DNA of 64,000 nt from Rebecca billardiae RCC1528 (GCA_965240325.2 OZ251224.1:4092001-4156000); one strand, 5' to 3'. Numbered from the stretch's first letter, positions 15,945 to 28,225 are shown. Numbers and translations: made by a program. Notes: generated from the letters alone by a model not told the origin.

Positions 15945-16377
15945 TCGTCCGTGGCGGGCTGATGAGTGATGAGCCGCCGCGCCCGCGTCAGCGCCGCTGC
16001 TATCGATGGCAGCAGCACTACGACGTCGACTACGTGTCGATCTACTGGACAACGTCAACGGGTGGTCAACCGCCTCAACCGTGCTGCTCCGCACTCGCAG
16101 GCAGCTGCGCAGGGCACAGTCACTGGACCGTACTACTCATGCCGATGTCTATACTGCTGTCTGCTGGTAGCTGACGAGCGCAGCACGCATTGATCATCCG
16201 CGACTCCGTGACCGTTTCGTCTCAGTCTCAGACAGACTCACAGCTGACAGCTCACTGACACTGAAGGCTTCAACACTGCTACTGAGTCACTGACTGGCAG
16301 ACGATTCTGAGTTCACGAGTCTCACCGCGTCGTCCGGCCGTCCGCACACGTAGTCGTAGACCTGCTAGATTCTGAGT

Positions 16378-18419
16378 CACAGTGAACAAAAACGGGATTA
16401 TCGTCACCGTAACCTGTCCGATGCGAGCCGATTTTCGGGGAATTTCTCGCGCGGGCCGCACGAGCGCACAGAAGACGCTACGGTGGTCGCGCAGGCGCCT
16501 GGCGAGTGCCCAGGGCATGGGACTGCAACACCCCACCCAGCCTCCCCATCCCTCCGCCCCTCTCTGCCTCGCCGGGTTGCACGCGGCTGGCCGGTCACGT
16601 AGCTCGTGGACAGCCATTCGTGAGCGTGGGGCCCTGCTGCTCAGTGCGGCGATGCAGCGAGGCGAAGCGGCGCGTAAGATGGCGCATCTTACTCCAAATG
16701 CAGTCTGCTGCCAGCACAGCCGCCCTCGCCGGAGTGCCTGGTCGTCACCTTCGTCGTGTGCACCTGTTGCGAGCTGCCGTCAACAAGCGAATGCCTCAGG
16801 CCTCCCGGGAGCCATTCAAACACGCTCGTCCTCGACGAGGCGTGCGCGAGGCACCGCGCGAGCGCGGGAACGGCCCTTCCCAGCATACTCCTACACGGCC
16901 ATCCACCTCGCCACAGCCTGCCATATCACACTCCTCCCCGCAACAGTGCCCGCGTGCCGCGTGCGAGGCCGGCCCAACCCCAGGCAGAAGGGTGCACAGA
17001 TATTTTCGACTGCGAGGAGACGGCGGCGAGCACAGGCGTGCGGCGCCGTCCCGCGCTTCATTGGGATGATCTAGACCAGTCGCGCGCCCGCGGCACCGCA
17101 CCCGCCCTCTCCGCGTCGCGTGCCACTCCACGCAGCGCGCGCCCTCTCGGGCGATGCGAGTCTCGCCATCGACGGCGATCTTGCGGCTGATTCGTACCCG
17201 CATGTATTCAACAAATACGACAAATCGCCGAGCTGAACGCACCTCGTCGCGCGATGGCATGGTCGCGCTGTGGGACGTCGCTCGCCGCAGGAAATTCGGT
17301 ACGCGACGAGAGCACGGCGCACGCGCACGGCGCGGCGTGGGAGGCGGGGCGGTGGTGTCCTCGAGCCATCCCGCCCGCGCCGCGGTGCGCCAGCCGCCAC
17401 CTCGCCGCGCCGTGGCCCATGCCGCGCGGCAGGTGTCGACCAGATCGACCTTGCCGCCCAAAAGAGGGCCGCACCGGAAATTCTGTATTTGTTGAATACA
17501 GACTTACCCACGTGCCCGCGATGCGGCGGCGCCTGTGGCGGCGGCGTGGCGCGGCGGCGGCGGCGCGGGCAGCCTGACGGGCCAGATAGGGCGCGCCAGG
17601 TCGGGGCGATCGTGATGGGATGGTTCCATACGCATCAGTGCGTGCTCCTGTGCATCTCAAGAGCGCGCTGGGCGCCCTCTCTCGCGCCTATACCCATCCC
17701 ACGCGGTCTGAGAAGCCTCTGTTTGGACACCGTTGGCTGCGCGCTCGGTCGTGGCTGCCCGGCGGGTCGGAGAGGTCGAGGCGAGCCGGGTCGTTCGCGA
17801 CGGACGATGCCTATGGGTCATGGCGAGTGCCAGCACGCAGCTCGGGCGCGCGCCCGGCGCCTCCTCGCCGCGCTACATCCACACCAAGATCTGGCCCAAA
17901 ACCAGGCTTCAAGAGCGAAACTCAGTCTGGGAGCTGCTCAGGCCGCTGTGTGCGGTTTGAAAGCGCGCAAACTTGTGGAGCGGGTGCCCACATGGGTTGA
18001 GCACAATGCTATAGAACGTTTTTCCGCGAAACACCACTTCCTCGCCTCTCCGCGCGCGTGCCGCGCGGCCCCCGTGAAGTCATCTTAACAGCTCACGTGT
18101 GGCCGCCCGTGGAGCGAGGGTGGGCGAGGAGGGGCGGGCGAGGGTGACGCCGCCCCGGGGAACCGCCTTGGTAAGCCGGCCGACGCCTCGCAGCCCCCCT
18201 CGCGGCAAAAATGCGCGCACGCCCGCCGCTCGGAGCGCGCCATCGATTCGAATGGGCGTGCGCACGAACGACCATGCTCAAACGGCTTCGGCCCGATCTT
18301 TCCCCACTGTGGCGGCGCGAAGTGCCGCGAAGGGGGCATCAAAAAAATTCCAGCGCATCCCCACTGGGCGGAAGTGCGGACAGGTTACGGTGACGGCTAA
18401 AATCGAATTGTTTACTGTG
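16378..18419. mobile_element. Non-autonomous TIR DNA transposon, 2042 bp, EnSpm/CMC-like
   Basis: Left end CACAGTGAACAA...GTCACCGTAACCTGTCCG is inverted at the right end (CGGACAGGTTACGGTGAC...TTGTTTACTGTG). Both sides are flanked by GT, a possible 2-bp TSD. No credible ORF inside. Confidence 0.75.
17203..17500. repeat. Internal 16-bp perfect inverted repeat pair (possible nested MITE)
   Basis: TGTATTCAACAAATAC at 17203-17218 and its reverse complement at 17485-17500; no clear TSD. Confidence 0.5.
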
Positions 18420-18834
18420 GTGCTAGAATGGCTAGATACTAGATAGCTTAGTACTAGTAGTCGTCATCGGTCCGAGCAGTAGTCGATATCGTCACTGCTG
18501 TACTGCTGCTGTAGTAGTTCAGCGCAGCAGCCATCGTCGCCCTGGCGGGGCACGGACTGACAACGTAGCAGCGCGCCTGCAGACTGAGACTGCACGAGTT
18601 CTGCACGATTGTTGAGCGCGCCGGCACAGAGTGACCGCACAGACGGCCGATATGCGCGCGCCCGCGAAGCAGTCGCCCGACCTCGCCCCCTAGAACCTCC
18701 TACGCGGGGTCGCGCCCAGCAGCGGTGCCGAGTGCGCGCCACGCGCACGGCGGGCGGCGACAGCGCGTGCGCTCGGCGCTCGGCAGCAGCGCGCCCCGCC
18801 CCGCTGCTCGCGCGCACGCGCGCGCGCGCGCGCG

Positions 18835-21800
18835 TCAGCCGCCGACCGACTTGACGGTCGTCTGCGCCCACGAAGCGACCTCCTTGGTCTGCGCGTTGCT
18901 CGACTTGCGCGCCTCGCGCAGCAGCGACTTGATCGACTCGTGCACGAGCGCGGGCGCGACCTTGGGCCCGAGCGTGTGCGCCAGGTCGCCGATCACGCCG
19001 ACCGCGGTGCGCGTCACCGCGTCGTCGCGCTCCGGGTCGGCGGAGACGACGTGCAGGAAGGCAAAGACGGTCTCGACGTGCGGCAGAAAGGCGTCCCCCT
19101 TCTTGCCGTCTCGCAAGCCCTGCAGGATGCCCGTGTACGCCTCGAGGATGCCCTCGCGCAGCTGGTTGAGGTAGTCGATCATGTCGTAGTTGTCCGTGTC
19201 CACCGTCGTCTGCGCCGCCGCCGCGAGCATCGACATCGTCACGGTGAGGTACTTCTCAAACCGCTCGCCGATCGCGAGCGCAATGTCGCCAAACACGGAG
19301 AGCATTGGCGGCTTCACGTTGCGGTTGAGCTGCGGGTTCTGCGCACGGTACGGCGCGGGGGCAGGCGGCGGAGGGCGCTCAGCGCGAGCGCGAGAGCGCA
19401 CGCGACACGCGTGCGCGCGCTGCGGCGCGGTCCCGCGAGCGCGCGCGCCGAGCCGCGCGCCACGCTGCGTGCGTGTGCGCGCGCGTGTGTGCGTGCGCAC
19501 GTGCGCGTGTGTGCGCGTGCCTGCAGGTTCTGCATGAGCAGGGTGACGATCTCGTCGCAGTAGGGCAGGATGCCGCCCTCGAGCGCGCGGCACAGGTCGC
19601 CCACCACGCCCACAGAGACAGAACACACCTGCGCACGGGCCGCGCGCGCGGTGCGCGCGAGCACTCAGCGAGCACTCCGGGAGCGCACGCGCTCGCCCGC
19701 TGCCGCGCCACGGCCGCGCCGCGCGCGCGCGGCCGCTGCGCGCGCACGGCGCACACACACCTGGTGCTGCGCGTGGTTGCTCAGCCCGCGCATCAGGAAG
19801 GGGCGGAAGTGCGGCATGTACTTGTCGAAGCCCTTCTCCACGCCGTTGGCCACCGCGCCCACCGCCATCAGCGCCTCCTCGTGCACCGTCGAGCTGTTCG
19901 AGTTGAAGACCTCCAGGAAGAGCTGCATCAGCCGGTCGGCCAGCGGCTCGATGTGCCGCCCCAGCTTCTGCACGACCACCTGCAGGGTGCCGCACAGCAG
20001 GCCCTGCAGCTCGCTCTGCTCCTCCCTGTCGTCGTTCGAGACGAGCTGCGCGCGGGAGCGGGGGGAGGCCACGCGCGGCGCGGGAGCGCGCGCGCGCACG
20101 CGGCGCGCCGCTCAGCGCGTCTCGCGTCACGGCGCGCGGCGAGCACGCGCACGCGCGCACACACACACACACACGCACACACGCACACACGCACACACGC
20201 ACACACGCACACACACACAACACGCACACACACACACACGCACACACACACCTGCATGGCGAAGGTCTTCTCGAGCTTCTCGCAGATGAAGGGCGCGATC
20301 TCGCTCACGTTGTTGAGCGTGTCGAGCGCGGACTGCGAGAGCACCGTGTTGAGCGCCTCGTACGCGCTCGAGCGCAGGTTGTTCTCCGCCGAGTCGGGCC
20401 GCTCGGTCGCCAGCAGCAGCGCGCGCACCGTGTCGATGTAGTAGGGCGAGAGCGGCGACGAGGGCGACGTGTCGTCCACGTCGAACGCCTCGGCGAGGTT
20501 GTGGATGGCCCAGCACACGTTGCCCGCGACGCGCGGCTCGTCCTTGAGCGCCTCGATCAGCACGCCGCCCGGCTTGAGCAGCTCGTGCAGCGGCGTGCTC
20601 GCGCCGATCTGCGTGTGCACCGCGTCGGGGTGGTGGTCGCAGATGCGGCCGAGCGTCCACGCGGCCGTGTCGCGCACCTGCACCGACTGGTCGCGCATCA
20701 GCTGTACCATGATCGGGATCGCCTGCAGCACGAGCGGCTGCAGCGACTCCTTGCTCGGCCCCTCGAGGATCGAGCCGAACGCCAGCGTCGACGCCTCGCG
20801 GAACCGCCAGTCCGCCGACTGGATGTTCGCCTGCACGAACGTCATCACGGGCGGCACGACCGCGTCCGTGACCGTCTGAGCGACCAGCGCCAGGCAGGTG
20901 CCCGCCGCCATCGCCACGTTCCACGCGTCGTCGTCCTGGTCCTCCTCCTGCTTGGTGAGCGTCTGCAGCAGCAGCGGCACGAGGTAGGGCATCGCGCCCT
21001 TCACAAACTCCTGCGACAGCACGTCGGGCGACTCGCCCGTGTTCCGCGCCTCCTCCGCCACCTCGTGCAGCTCCATCTCCTCGTCGCACACGCTCGACCA
21101 GAACTCGACCGCCTGCTGCGCCACCTCGTCCGCGCCCGACTTGATCTCCTCGAAGGTGAGCTGGAAGAGCGCCTGCATGTACGGCGCGAGCTTGGTGTAG
21201 TACAGCCCGGCGATCTTGACGATGCACTCGTACGCAGCCATGCGCACCGGCCGGTTCTCCGCCACCGCCGCCTCGCACACCGTCTGCATGATGTAGTTGC
21301 GCTCGACGTCGTTCTCAAAGTTGGACTTGACAAACTCGAGCGCGTTGTTGAGCGCGATCGTCGCCGCCTTGCGCACCTCGGCGTTGGGCTCCTCCTTGCG
21401 CATGCCCTGCACCACCGCCGTGAGCACCGCGTTCGACTTGTGCTCGAGCACCGCCGGCTCCTGCGCGGCGGCGGGCGGCGCGCGCAGGCGGCGGCGGCGG
21501 GCGGCGGCGCGCGCGGGCGCAGCGCGAGCGCGGGCAGGAGGCCACGGCGCGAGACGGGCACGAGGCGTGCAGCAGAGGCCGCGCGGAGCGGGACGGCGGC
21601 CGAGCGGCGGGCGACGCGGCACGCGCGGTCGGCGGGGCGAGAGGCGAGCTCGTGAGCACGCGCGCACGCTACACCCAGCTCGCGGCGCGCGCTCGCGCGC
21701 CACTGGCGCGCATGGGCCGCACGGCGCGGCGCGGCGCGGCGCGGCGCGGCGCGGCGCGGCGCGGCGCGGCGCGCGCGGGCCGCGCGGTGCGCACGGTGCG

Positions 21801-22708
21801 CGCGCACGATCTCCTCGCAGATGTAGCCGAGCGCCTCGAGCGTGGCCTGCTTCAGGTCGTCGCTTGTGGTGCTCGTCACGTTCGCCGTCAGCGCGTCGAT
21901 CAGCTCGGGCCACTCGTTGCGCGGCAGCTCGATCGCGCCGATCTTGGCCACCACCTGAGCAGCCGTGTGCCGTGCGGGCGCCGCAGGGCTGCCGAGTGCA
22001 GCCGTCACCTGCGCGCGCGGCGCCGCGGCGGCGGTGGGGAGCGCGTCGGCCGAGTGCGCCTCGGGCACGCAGCGAGCGCGAGCGCCGTTCAACCAGCTCA
22101 CGCCGCCGAGCACGGCGGCGCGGCACGCGGCGCGAAGGGCGGCTGTCGCGCAGCTGCGCGTGGCGCGCATCGCGCGTGCGCGCTCTTGCGTCCGCACCGA
22201 GAGCTTGACCTGCGCCTTGGCGCTGGGGTCCATGGCGACCCACGCGGCGGAGAGCTCGTTCTGGGTGGCGGCCATCTGCATGTGCGCGGAGCGCACGACC
22301 CGGCCGCATGCACGTCAGCCGCGCGCCCGCCCCGCCGCACACAGCAGCACAGTGCGCGCGCGCAGAGCCGCGCGCCGTGCAGCACACGCACCTTCGAGTC
22401 GAGCGCGTTCTTGATGATCAGACCCGCGAGGCGCCGGCCCTCGGGGGGCTTCTCCTCGTTAGCCAGCTCGCCTGAGAGAGTCACCAGGAACATCGGCTGC
22501 ATGCGGCGCGTGCATGCACCCCCAGCGGCAAGCGCGCGCGCGCGTGGCGGCGCTCAGTGAATCGGAGCCGCTGCGCTCGCGCCCGGCGCAGGGAGCAGCA
22601 GCCGCGCACCAGGTTGCTCTGCTTGGCCTGCTCGATGGTGGTCTCCGCATGCTGACGGATCGCCGCATCGGGGCTCTGCGCGTTGGTGAGGATCTGAGTT
22701 ATGTCCAT
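18835..22708 (-). CDS. KPNB1: Importin subunit beta-1, 8 exons; introns 22497-22609, 22276-22391, 22009-22197, 21461-21807, 20046-20251, 19629-19760, 19339-19520 (GC-AG)
   Basis: [99 protein letters not shown]. All splice junctions restore the frame. Confidence 0.95.
20147..20251. repeat. (CA)n/(CACG)n microsatellite at an importin intron donor
   Basis: Direct reading. Confidence 0.9.
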
Positions 22709-23425
22709 GGCCGCCGCCTCGAAACGCGCTTCCTGAGCGCGCGTCGCGCCCGCACGCGTTGGCGACCCGCTCTCCAGCTGGTTCAAGCGCGTGCCCGGAC
22801 GCGTCAGCCGGACGTCGCAACGGTGCTGCCAGCCGCGTGTCTGGAGCTCCAACCGGGCGTCCCGCGCGCAAAGCCGCGCGCGCTCCGAAAATGTGTGGCC
22901 TGCCGGTTTCTTTATTCGATTTGTAGATTTGCAGAAGCGCATCTGCGCATGCACCGAAACGCTAGGCTGTCCGACTCTACACTGCTGTGCCAGCGGAGGG
23001 GGGCCGGACAGGCTACCGAAACGCGGGTTTGACGAGCGAAAAGCATCGATCATTGTCAGCGCATGGGAGGCTGCTGGTCATTGTATGCTGCCGGCGGCAG
23101 CAGCGCGCACAGTCAGCTGAGACTGCTGCATTCTGACGATTCGGCAACGGTCTTCAGCATCCAGCCGAGGCACATCGGCCATGCAGCCATGACGATGCTC
23201 GCTGAGAGACGAAGTACAGCCGCACTCCCTCGACTATCAACAACAACTACAAGGCTCGCAGCCTCACGTCGGATGAGTCCCGCCCGCCACCGCGTGAGCG
23301 AGGAGACATCCGCCGCGGAAATATCAATCCTGCCCGGCAAACAAGGTCAGGCGCGCCATTGCCGCGCGGTTTGCCACGCAGTGGCTTGAGTCCCAACGGA
23401 CTCAACCCGCCTCCCGATCAGGCGA

Positions 23426-24926
23426 TCACACGCTGAGCACGCTCATCTCCGAGTTGAGCTCGGGCGGCTCGAGCCGCGCGCGCGTCCAGCGCACCTGTGC
23501 GACGACGGACGGCGAGGCGGCCTCCGTGTGCCTCGAGCCGTCTGCGTCGAGCGCGTACTCGGACTCGACCCGGATGAACGCGTCGACCACGCTGAAGCGC
23601 TTGCGCCACGAGTGCCGCCGCAGCACGCCCACCACGCACGCAAGCAGCACGAGCGCGGCCGCGCCGCCGAGGCTGCCTCCGAGGATGGCGGCGTCGCCCA
23701 CCGCTGGCGCGTCCGCCGCCGCGGCCTCCACGCCGTGCGGCCGCCCTCTTCGCCTGCCGCGGCCGCCCTCGTCGTCGTCGTCGTCGTCGCCGCCGGCGGC
23801 GTCGTCGTCCAGCTCGTCCTCTGCCGCCTGCCCCGCATGCACGACCACGGTGACCGCCAGGCCGAACACCTCGGAGCCGACCGCGTCCGCGACGGACTGC
23901 TCGATGGCGGCGGCGCTGTCGGTAACGAGCTGCGCAAGCGCCTCGACGCTCGGTGCCACCGCCTGGCTCGCCCTGCCGTACAGGACGTCGAACAGGACCG
24001 TTACGCTCCCGCCGAGCACGCCGATGATCTCGACGTCGCGAGAGGTGAGGTTGAGCGCGCGCGCCACGCCCAGCTCGAAGTTGTCGCGCCGCCCGCGCCC
24101 GGCCTGCGTCGCGCCGTCCCAGTCGCTCTGCAAGCCGGCGAGCACCGCGCGCGCGCGCACGCGGCTGACGCGCGGGTTGCCGCGCACGGGGGGCAGTGCC
24201 GGAGGCGGCGCAGACGGTGCGGGCGGTGGCGACGGCGGAGGCGACGGCGGTGGTGGAGGTGCCCGTGGCGACGGCGGCAGCGGTGGCGGTGGCGGCGGCG
24301 AGGGCGAGGGTGGCGGCGGCGAGGGCGGCGGCGGCGCTCGCGGTGGAGCTGGAGGCGGCCGTGGCGGCGAGCGCGGCGGCGGCGGGAACGGCGAGGGCGG
24401 CGGCGGCGGCGGCGGCGAGGGCGAGGGCGGCGGTGGCGAGGGTGAGGGCGGCGGTGGCGCGAGCGGCAAAGGCGGTGGCGGCGCTGGCGGGGTCGGAGAA
24501 GGCGGGGTCGGAGAGGGCGGAGGCGGCGATGGAGGCGGCGGTGAGGGTGGCGAGGGCGATGGTGGGCTCGGCAAAGGGGGCGACAGCGGTGCGGACGGCG
24601 GTGCGGATGGGGGTGCAGACGGGGCTGCGGACGGGGGTGGCGGTGTTGGCGCTGAAGGTGGCAGCGACGGAGCGATGGTCAGCGGTGGCGGCGATGGCGG
24701 TGGTGGCGACGGAGGCGGCGGCAATGGTGGCAACTCGCCCTCATCATCGTCATCGTCATCGTCGTCGTCGTCGCCATCGTCGTCGTCATCACCCTCATCG
24801 TCGTCGTCATCACCCTCGTCGTCGTCATCATCACCGTCGGCAGGCGAGGGCGGCGAGGGTGGCGCAACGAGAGACGGCGGTGGCGGCGAGAAGTCCAGGG
24901 CATCGTCATCGTCGTCGTCGTCGTCA

Positions 24927-24971
<45 letters not shown>

Positions 24972-25255
24972 GTCGGCGGAGGAGATGACGGCGGCTGCGC
25001 TGAAGGGGGTGACGGCGGGGGGGAGAGCAATAGGGTTGCCGGCAGAGGCGGCGGGGCTGGCGGTGACGACAGCGACTGTGGCGGTGGTGATGGCGGCGGC
25101 GGGGACGGCGGCGGCGGCAACGGTGGCGTTGGCGCCGGCGCGGGCGGAGCGGAGGACGGTGCGCCCGTCGTCGACGGGAGTAGCGCACACACGAGGTAGA
25201 CAGCCAGGCCCGCGCTCGGCGTGAGCTTGGCGAGCGCGCTGCCGCCACGGGACAT
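23426..25255 (-). CDS. Pro-rich, poly-Asp single-pass cell-surface protein
   Basis: Signal-like LAVYLVCALLPSTTG, SPPPP repeats, long Asp tracts, a SEA-like segment (GGSVTVLFDV), a TM (ILGGSLGGAAALVLLACVVGVL) followed by RRHSWRKR. Confidence 0.75.
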
Positions 25256-25530
25256 CGTCGTGTGGTGCGACACTGCGAAGCGATCGTCTTCGTGCGAACA
25301 AACCCCCACGGCCACGGCCAGTCGGCCACGGCCGGTTGCCCAGTACCTGGACCGGGGTCCGGCGAGCAGGTTGAAAGGTGGACACGGAGCGGGCAGCTCA
25401 GCACTTGGCGGAGGAATGTGACATGCGTGTCAAAGCGGCAACAAGACCGGAGAGGTGCGCAGATCTGGAGATGTGGATCTCGCTGCTCGACAGCCCGACT
25501 GAGGCCACCGACGCGTCGCGCTCGCCCACG

Positions 25531-26784
25531 ATGGCCGCCCCCGCGGACGAGCGCTACACCATCGGCCCGATCGCCGAGGCCGACATCGCGCCGATCCTCG
25601 CGTTCGAGGTGGAGATGGCGCGCGAGCTCGGCTTCCCGCCCGACGACCCGCGCGGCACGTACGACGAGGCGTGGTTCACCGAGTGCTGCCGCGGCACGTT
25701 TGCGTGTGACAACGGCCACAAGCGGCCGTGCCTCACGCTGGTCGCGCGCGAGCTCGGCGGCTCGGCGCGCGTCGCCGGCGGCATCATGTGCTACCTCGAC
25801 CGCGCGCGTTTCGGCACCCCGCCCGCCGGCTCGACCGCCCCCGCGCCCAAGCGCCGCAAGCGCGCCCAGTCCGGAGGCACCGAGGATTTCCTCGAGGTCT
25901 TCTGGCTGTACGTGGCCCGCGCGCACCGCAAGGCAAGGCTCGGCGCGGCGCTGCTGGAGGAGGCGCTCGCGGACGCGCGGGGGCGGTGGCCGCACCTCCG
26001 CCGCGCGCGGCTGCACTGCCTCCGCTCCAACACCGCCGGCCTCGGCTTCTGGGCCGCCATGCAGTTTGAGCGGCTCAGGCTGGTGTCTGACTACCCGGTG
26101 GACGGGATGGCGGCGTGGCGGATGGAGCGGCCGCTCGGCGCGCCGCCGGGCGGGGAAGGGGCGGGCGGCGGCGAAGTGGGCTCAGGCGTGGGCTCGGTGG
26201 GCGCGCACGCCGCGCTCCCGCCCGTCCTCGTCCTCTGCGGCCCGTGCGGCGTGGGCAAGTCGACCATCGGCCACCTGCTCTCGCACAGGCTCGGCGCCAG
26301 GCCGTACGTGGACGCTGACGAGTACCACTCGGCACAGAGCGTGGCCAAGATGGCGCGCGGCGAGGCGCTGAGCGACGCGGACCGCGCGCCGTGGCTCGCG
26401 GCGCTGCACGCGCGGCTGAAGGAGAGCCTGCCCACCGGCGGGCTCATCCTCTCCTGCTCCGCGCTGCGCGCCGCGTACCGGCGCACGCTGCGCGCCGAGC
26501 TGGGCGCGGCCGTGGGCTTTGTGATGCTCCGCGCGCGCCGCGAGACGCTCACGCAGCGCGTGACGCAGCGCGCGGGGCACTTTGCGCGCGCGGAGCTGGT
26601 GCCGTCGCAGCTCGAGGCGCTCGAGCCGCTGGACACCGACGCCGAGGCGCCGTGCCTCAACGTGGACGTGGACGACGAGGGCACGCGCTCGCCGGCCGCC
26701 ATCGTGCACGCCATCCTACAGAGCGACGCCTGGCGCAACACGTCGCGCGCCGGTGCGCCAGAGCGCGCTGCTCCGACTCAGTGA
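25531..26784 (+). CDS. GNAT acetyltransferase - gluconokinase (GntK/IdnK) fusion; start uncertain (25423/25471/25531)
   Basis: GNAT motifs LYVARAHRKARLGAALL and LHCLRSNTAGLGFWAAMQF. Kinase motifs GPCGVGKST, DADEYH, KMARGEALSDADRAPWL, LSCSALRAAYR, GHF...LVPSQLEALEP. Confidence 0.88.
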   Translation: MAAPADERYTIGPIAEADIAPILAFEVEMARELGFPPDDPRGTYDEAWFTECCRGTFACDNGHKRPCLTLVARELGGSARVAGGIMCYLDRARFGTPPAGSTAPAPKRRKRAQSGGTEDFLEVFWLYVARAHRKARLGAALLEEALADARGRWPHLRRARLHCLRSNTAGLGFWAAMQFERLRLVSDYPVDGMAAWRMERPLGAPPGGEGAGGGEVGSGVGSVGAHAALPPVLVLCGPCGVGKSTIGHLLSHRLGARPYVDADEYHSAQSVAKMARGEALSDADRAPWLAALHARLKESLPTGGLILSCSALRAAYRRTLRAELGAAVGFVMLRARRETLTQRVTQRAGHFARAELVPSQLEALEPLDTDAEAPCLNVDVDDEGTRSPAAIVHAILQSDAWRNTSRAGAPERAAPTQ

Positions 26785-26920
26785 GTCTCGCGACGCGCTG
26801 CCGTGTGAAGTGTGAGTGAGTGAGTGAGTCTCGCAAGTCGCAGCCGCAGGCAGGCGACGGTCGGACTCACGGAACCGTACTTCGTCAACTGGCGAACTGC
26901 CACGGCGGAGAGCCGCGATA

Positions 26921-26995
26921 GTGCACGGCCACCGCGGGCCCCCAACTGGCAACTGCGTTGATATGCAGAAAAGGATGACCGCGGAACGCGGTCAT
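26921..26995 (+). mobile_element. Solo 3' end of the Helitron2-like family
   Basis: CACCGCGGGCCCCCAACT...AAAAGGA(TG)ACCGCGGAACGCGGTCATTAT, matching the ends at 34916-34978 and 42915-42971. Confidence 0.7.
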
Positions 26996-27136
26996 TATTA
27001 GGCGCGGTTATTATTGGCCGGACGCGCGGTGATATACTGATAAGGCCTGCCGGCGGCCGCGCACCGCGTGAATTCGAGCGCTCAGCGGCGCGTGTGTCGA
27101 GCGTGCCAGCCCCGACATTATGCATGATGTTATTGA

Positions 27137-28225
27137 TTAAGCTGTCATCACCGTCACGTTACCCGCCTGGCCATCACCACAGGTCGTACATGCGACGGCG
27201 TCGATGATACGGCGGTGGCTGTGACCAGCGCGGGCGGCGACTGCGCCCGCGGCTGCCGCGCTGCCAGTGTCTGCCACTACGACGTCCACGGCGGTGGCTG
27301 TGCGGCTGGTGCGCTTTCGTTGTCGCTTGGCGGCGCTCATCACTTCGTTGGGGCTCTTCACGTTTTGCTCCAGCCTGCGCTTGTGCGCACTACTCCGGAG
27401 GCGCCAAAGGCACTTCATGCCGGACAGCTTGTGCGCAGCGCACCGGGTGCCGGGGAGCGCGTCACCCGGCATGCCGAACGAAGGCACCGTTGGGCAGCCG
27501 GTGTGATTACACTTGGGGTGCTTTAGGTCCACCATGCCGGCCAGCTTGTGCGCAGCGCACCGGGTGCCAGGGAGCGCGCCGCCCGGCATGCCGAACGAAG
27601 GCCTCTTGGTGCAGCTATCGTGATCACACTTGGGGCTCCTCAAGTCAACCATGCCAGCCAGCTTGTGCGCAGCGCACCGGCTGGCGCGCGCGCCGCCCGG
27701 CAAGGCGAACGTCGGCACCTTGGTGCAGCCGGTGTGATCACACTTGGGGCTCTCACGTCAACCATGCCAGCCAGCTTGTGCGCAGCGCACCAGCTGGCGC
27801 GCGCGTCGCCCGGCATGCCGAACGAAGGCGCAGTGGTGCAGCCCGTGTGATCGCACTTGCGGCTCTTCAGGTCGACCATGCCTGCCAGCTTGTGCGCAGC
27901 GCACCGGCTCGCGCGCGCGTCACCCGGCATGCCGAGCGAAGGCACAGTGGTGCAGCCCGTGTGATCGCACTTGCGATTCGACACGTTGACCATTCCGGCC
28001 AGCTTGTGCGCAGCGCACTGGCTGGCGCACGCGCCGCCCGGCATGGCGAACGAAGGCCGCTTGGTGCAGTCTGCGTGATCGCACGCGGGCTGTGTGTGCC
28101 GCAAGCGGACCATGCCAGCCAGCTGCTTGTGCGCAGCGCACCGGCTGGCGCGCGCGTCGCCCGGCATGCCAAAGCAAGGCCGCGTGGTGCAGCCGGTGTG
28201 ATCACACTTGCGGTTCTTCAGGTAG
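27137..28225 (-). pseudogene. EsV-1-7 cysteine-rich repeat protein, 7 tandem ~38-aa repeats, 1-nt frameshift near 27750
   Basis: Repeat KCDHTGCTTxPSFGMPGDARASRCAAHKLAGMVDL matches the EsV-1-7 C-x4-C...C-xx-HK motif. One unit lacks a base (ggggctctcacg vs ggggctcctcaag). No clear start codon; could be an assembly error. Confidence 0.8.

Noticed and set aside
16378-16394. RSS-like CACAGTG followed by ACAAAAACG
   Set aside because: The spacer is 1 nt rather than 12 or 23, the other end lacks the nonamer, and there is no 5-bp TSD; treated as an ordinary TIR.
27420-28215. Regularly spaced repeats resembling a CRISPR array
   Set aside because: Whole units are homologous and encode a protein repeat; there are no unique spacers or cas genes, and the context is eukaryotic.
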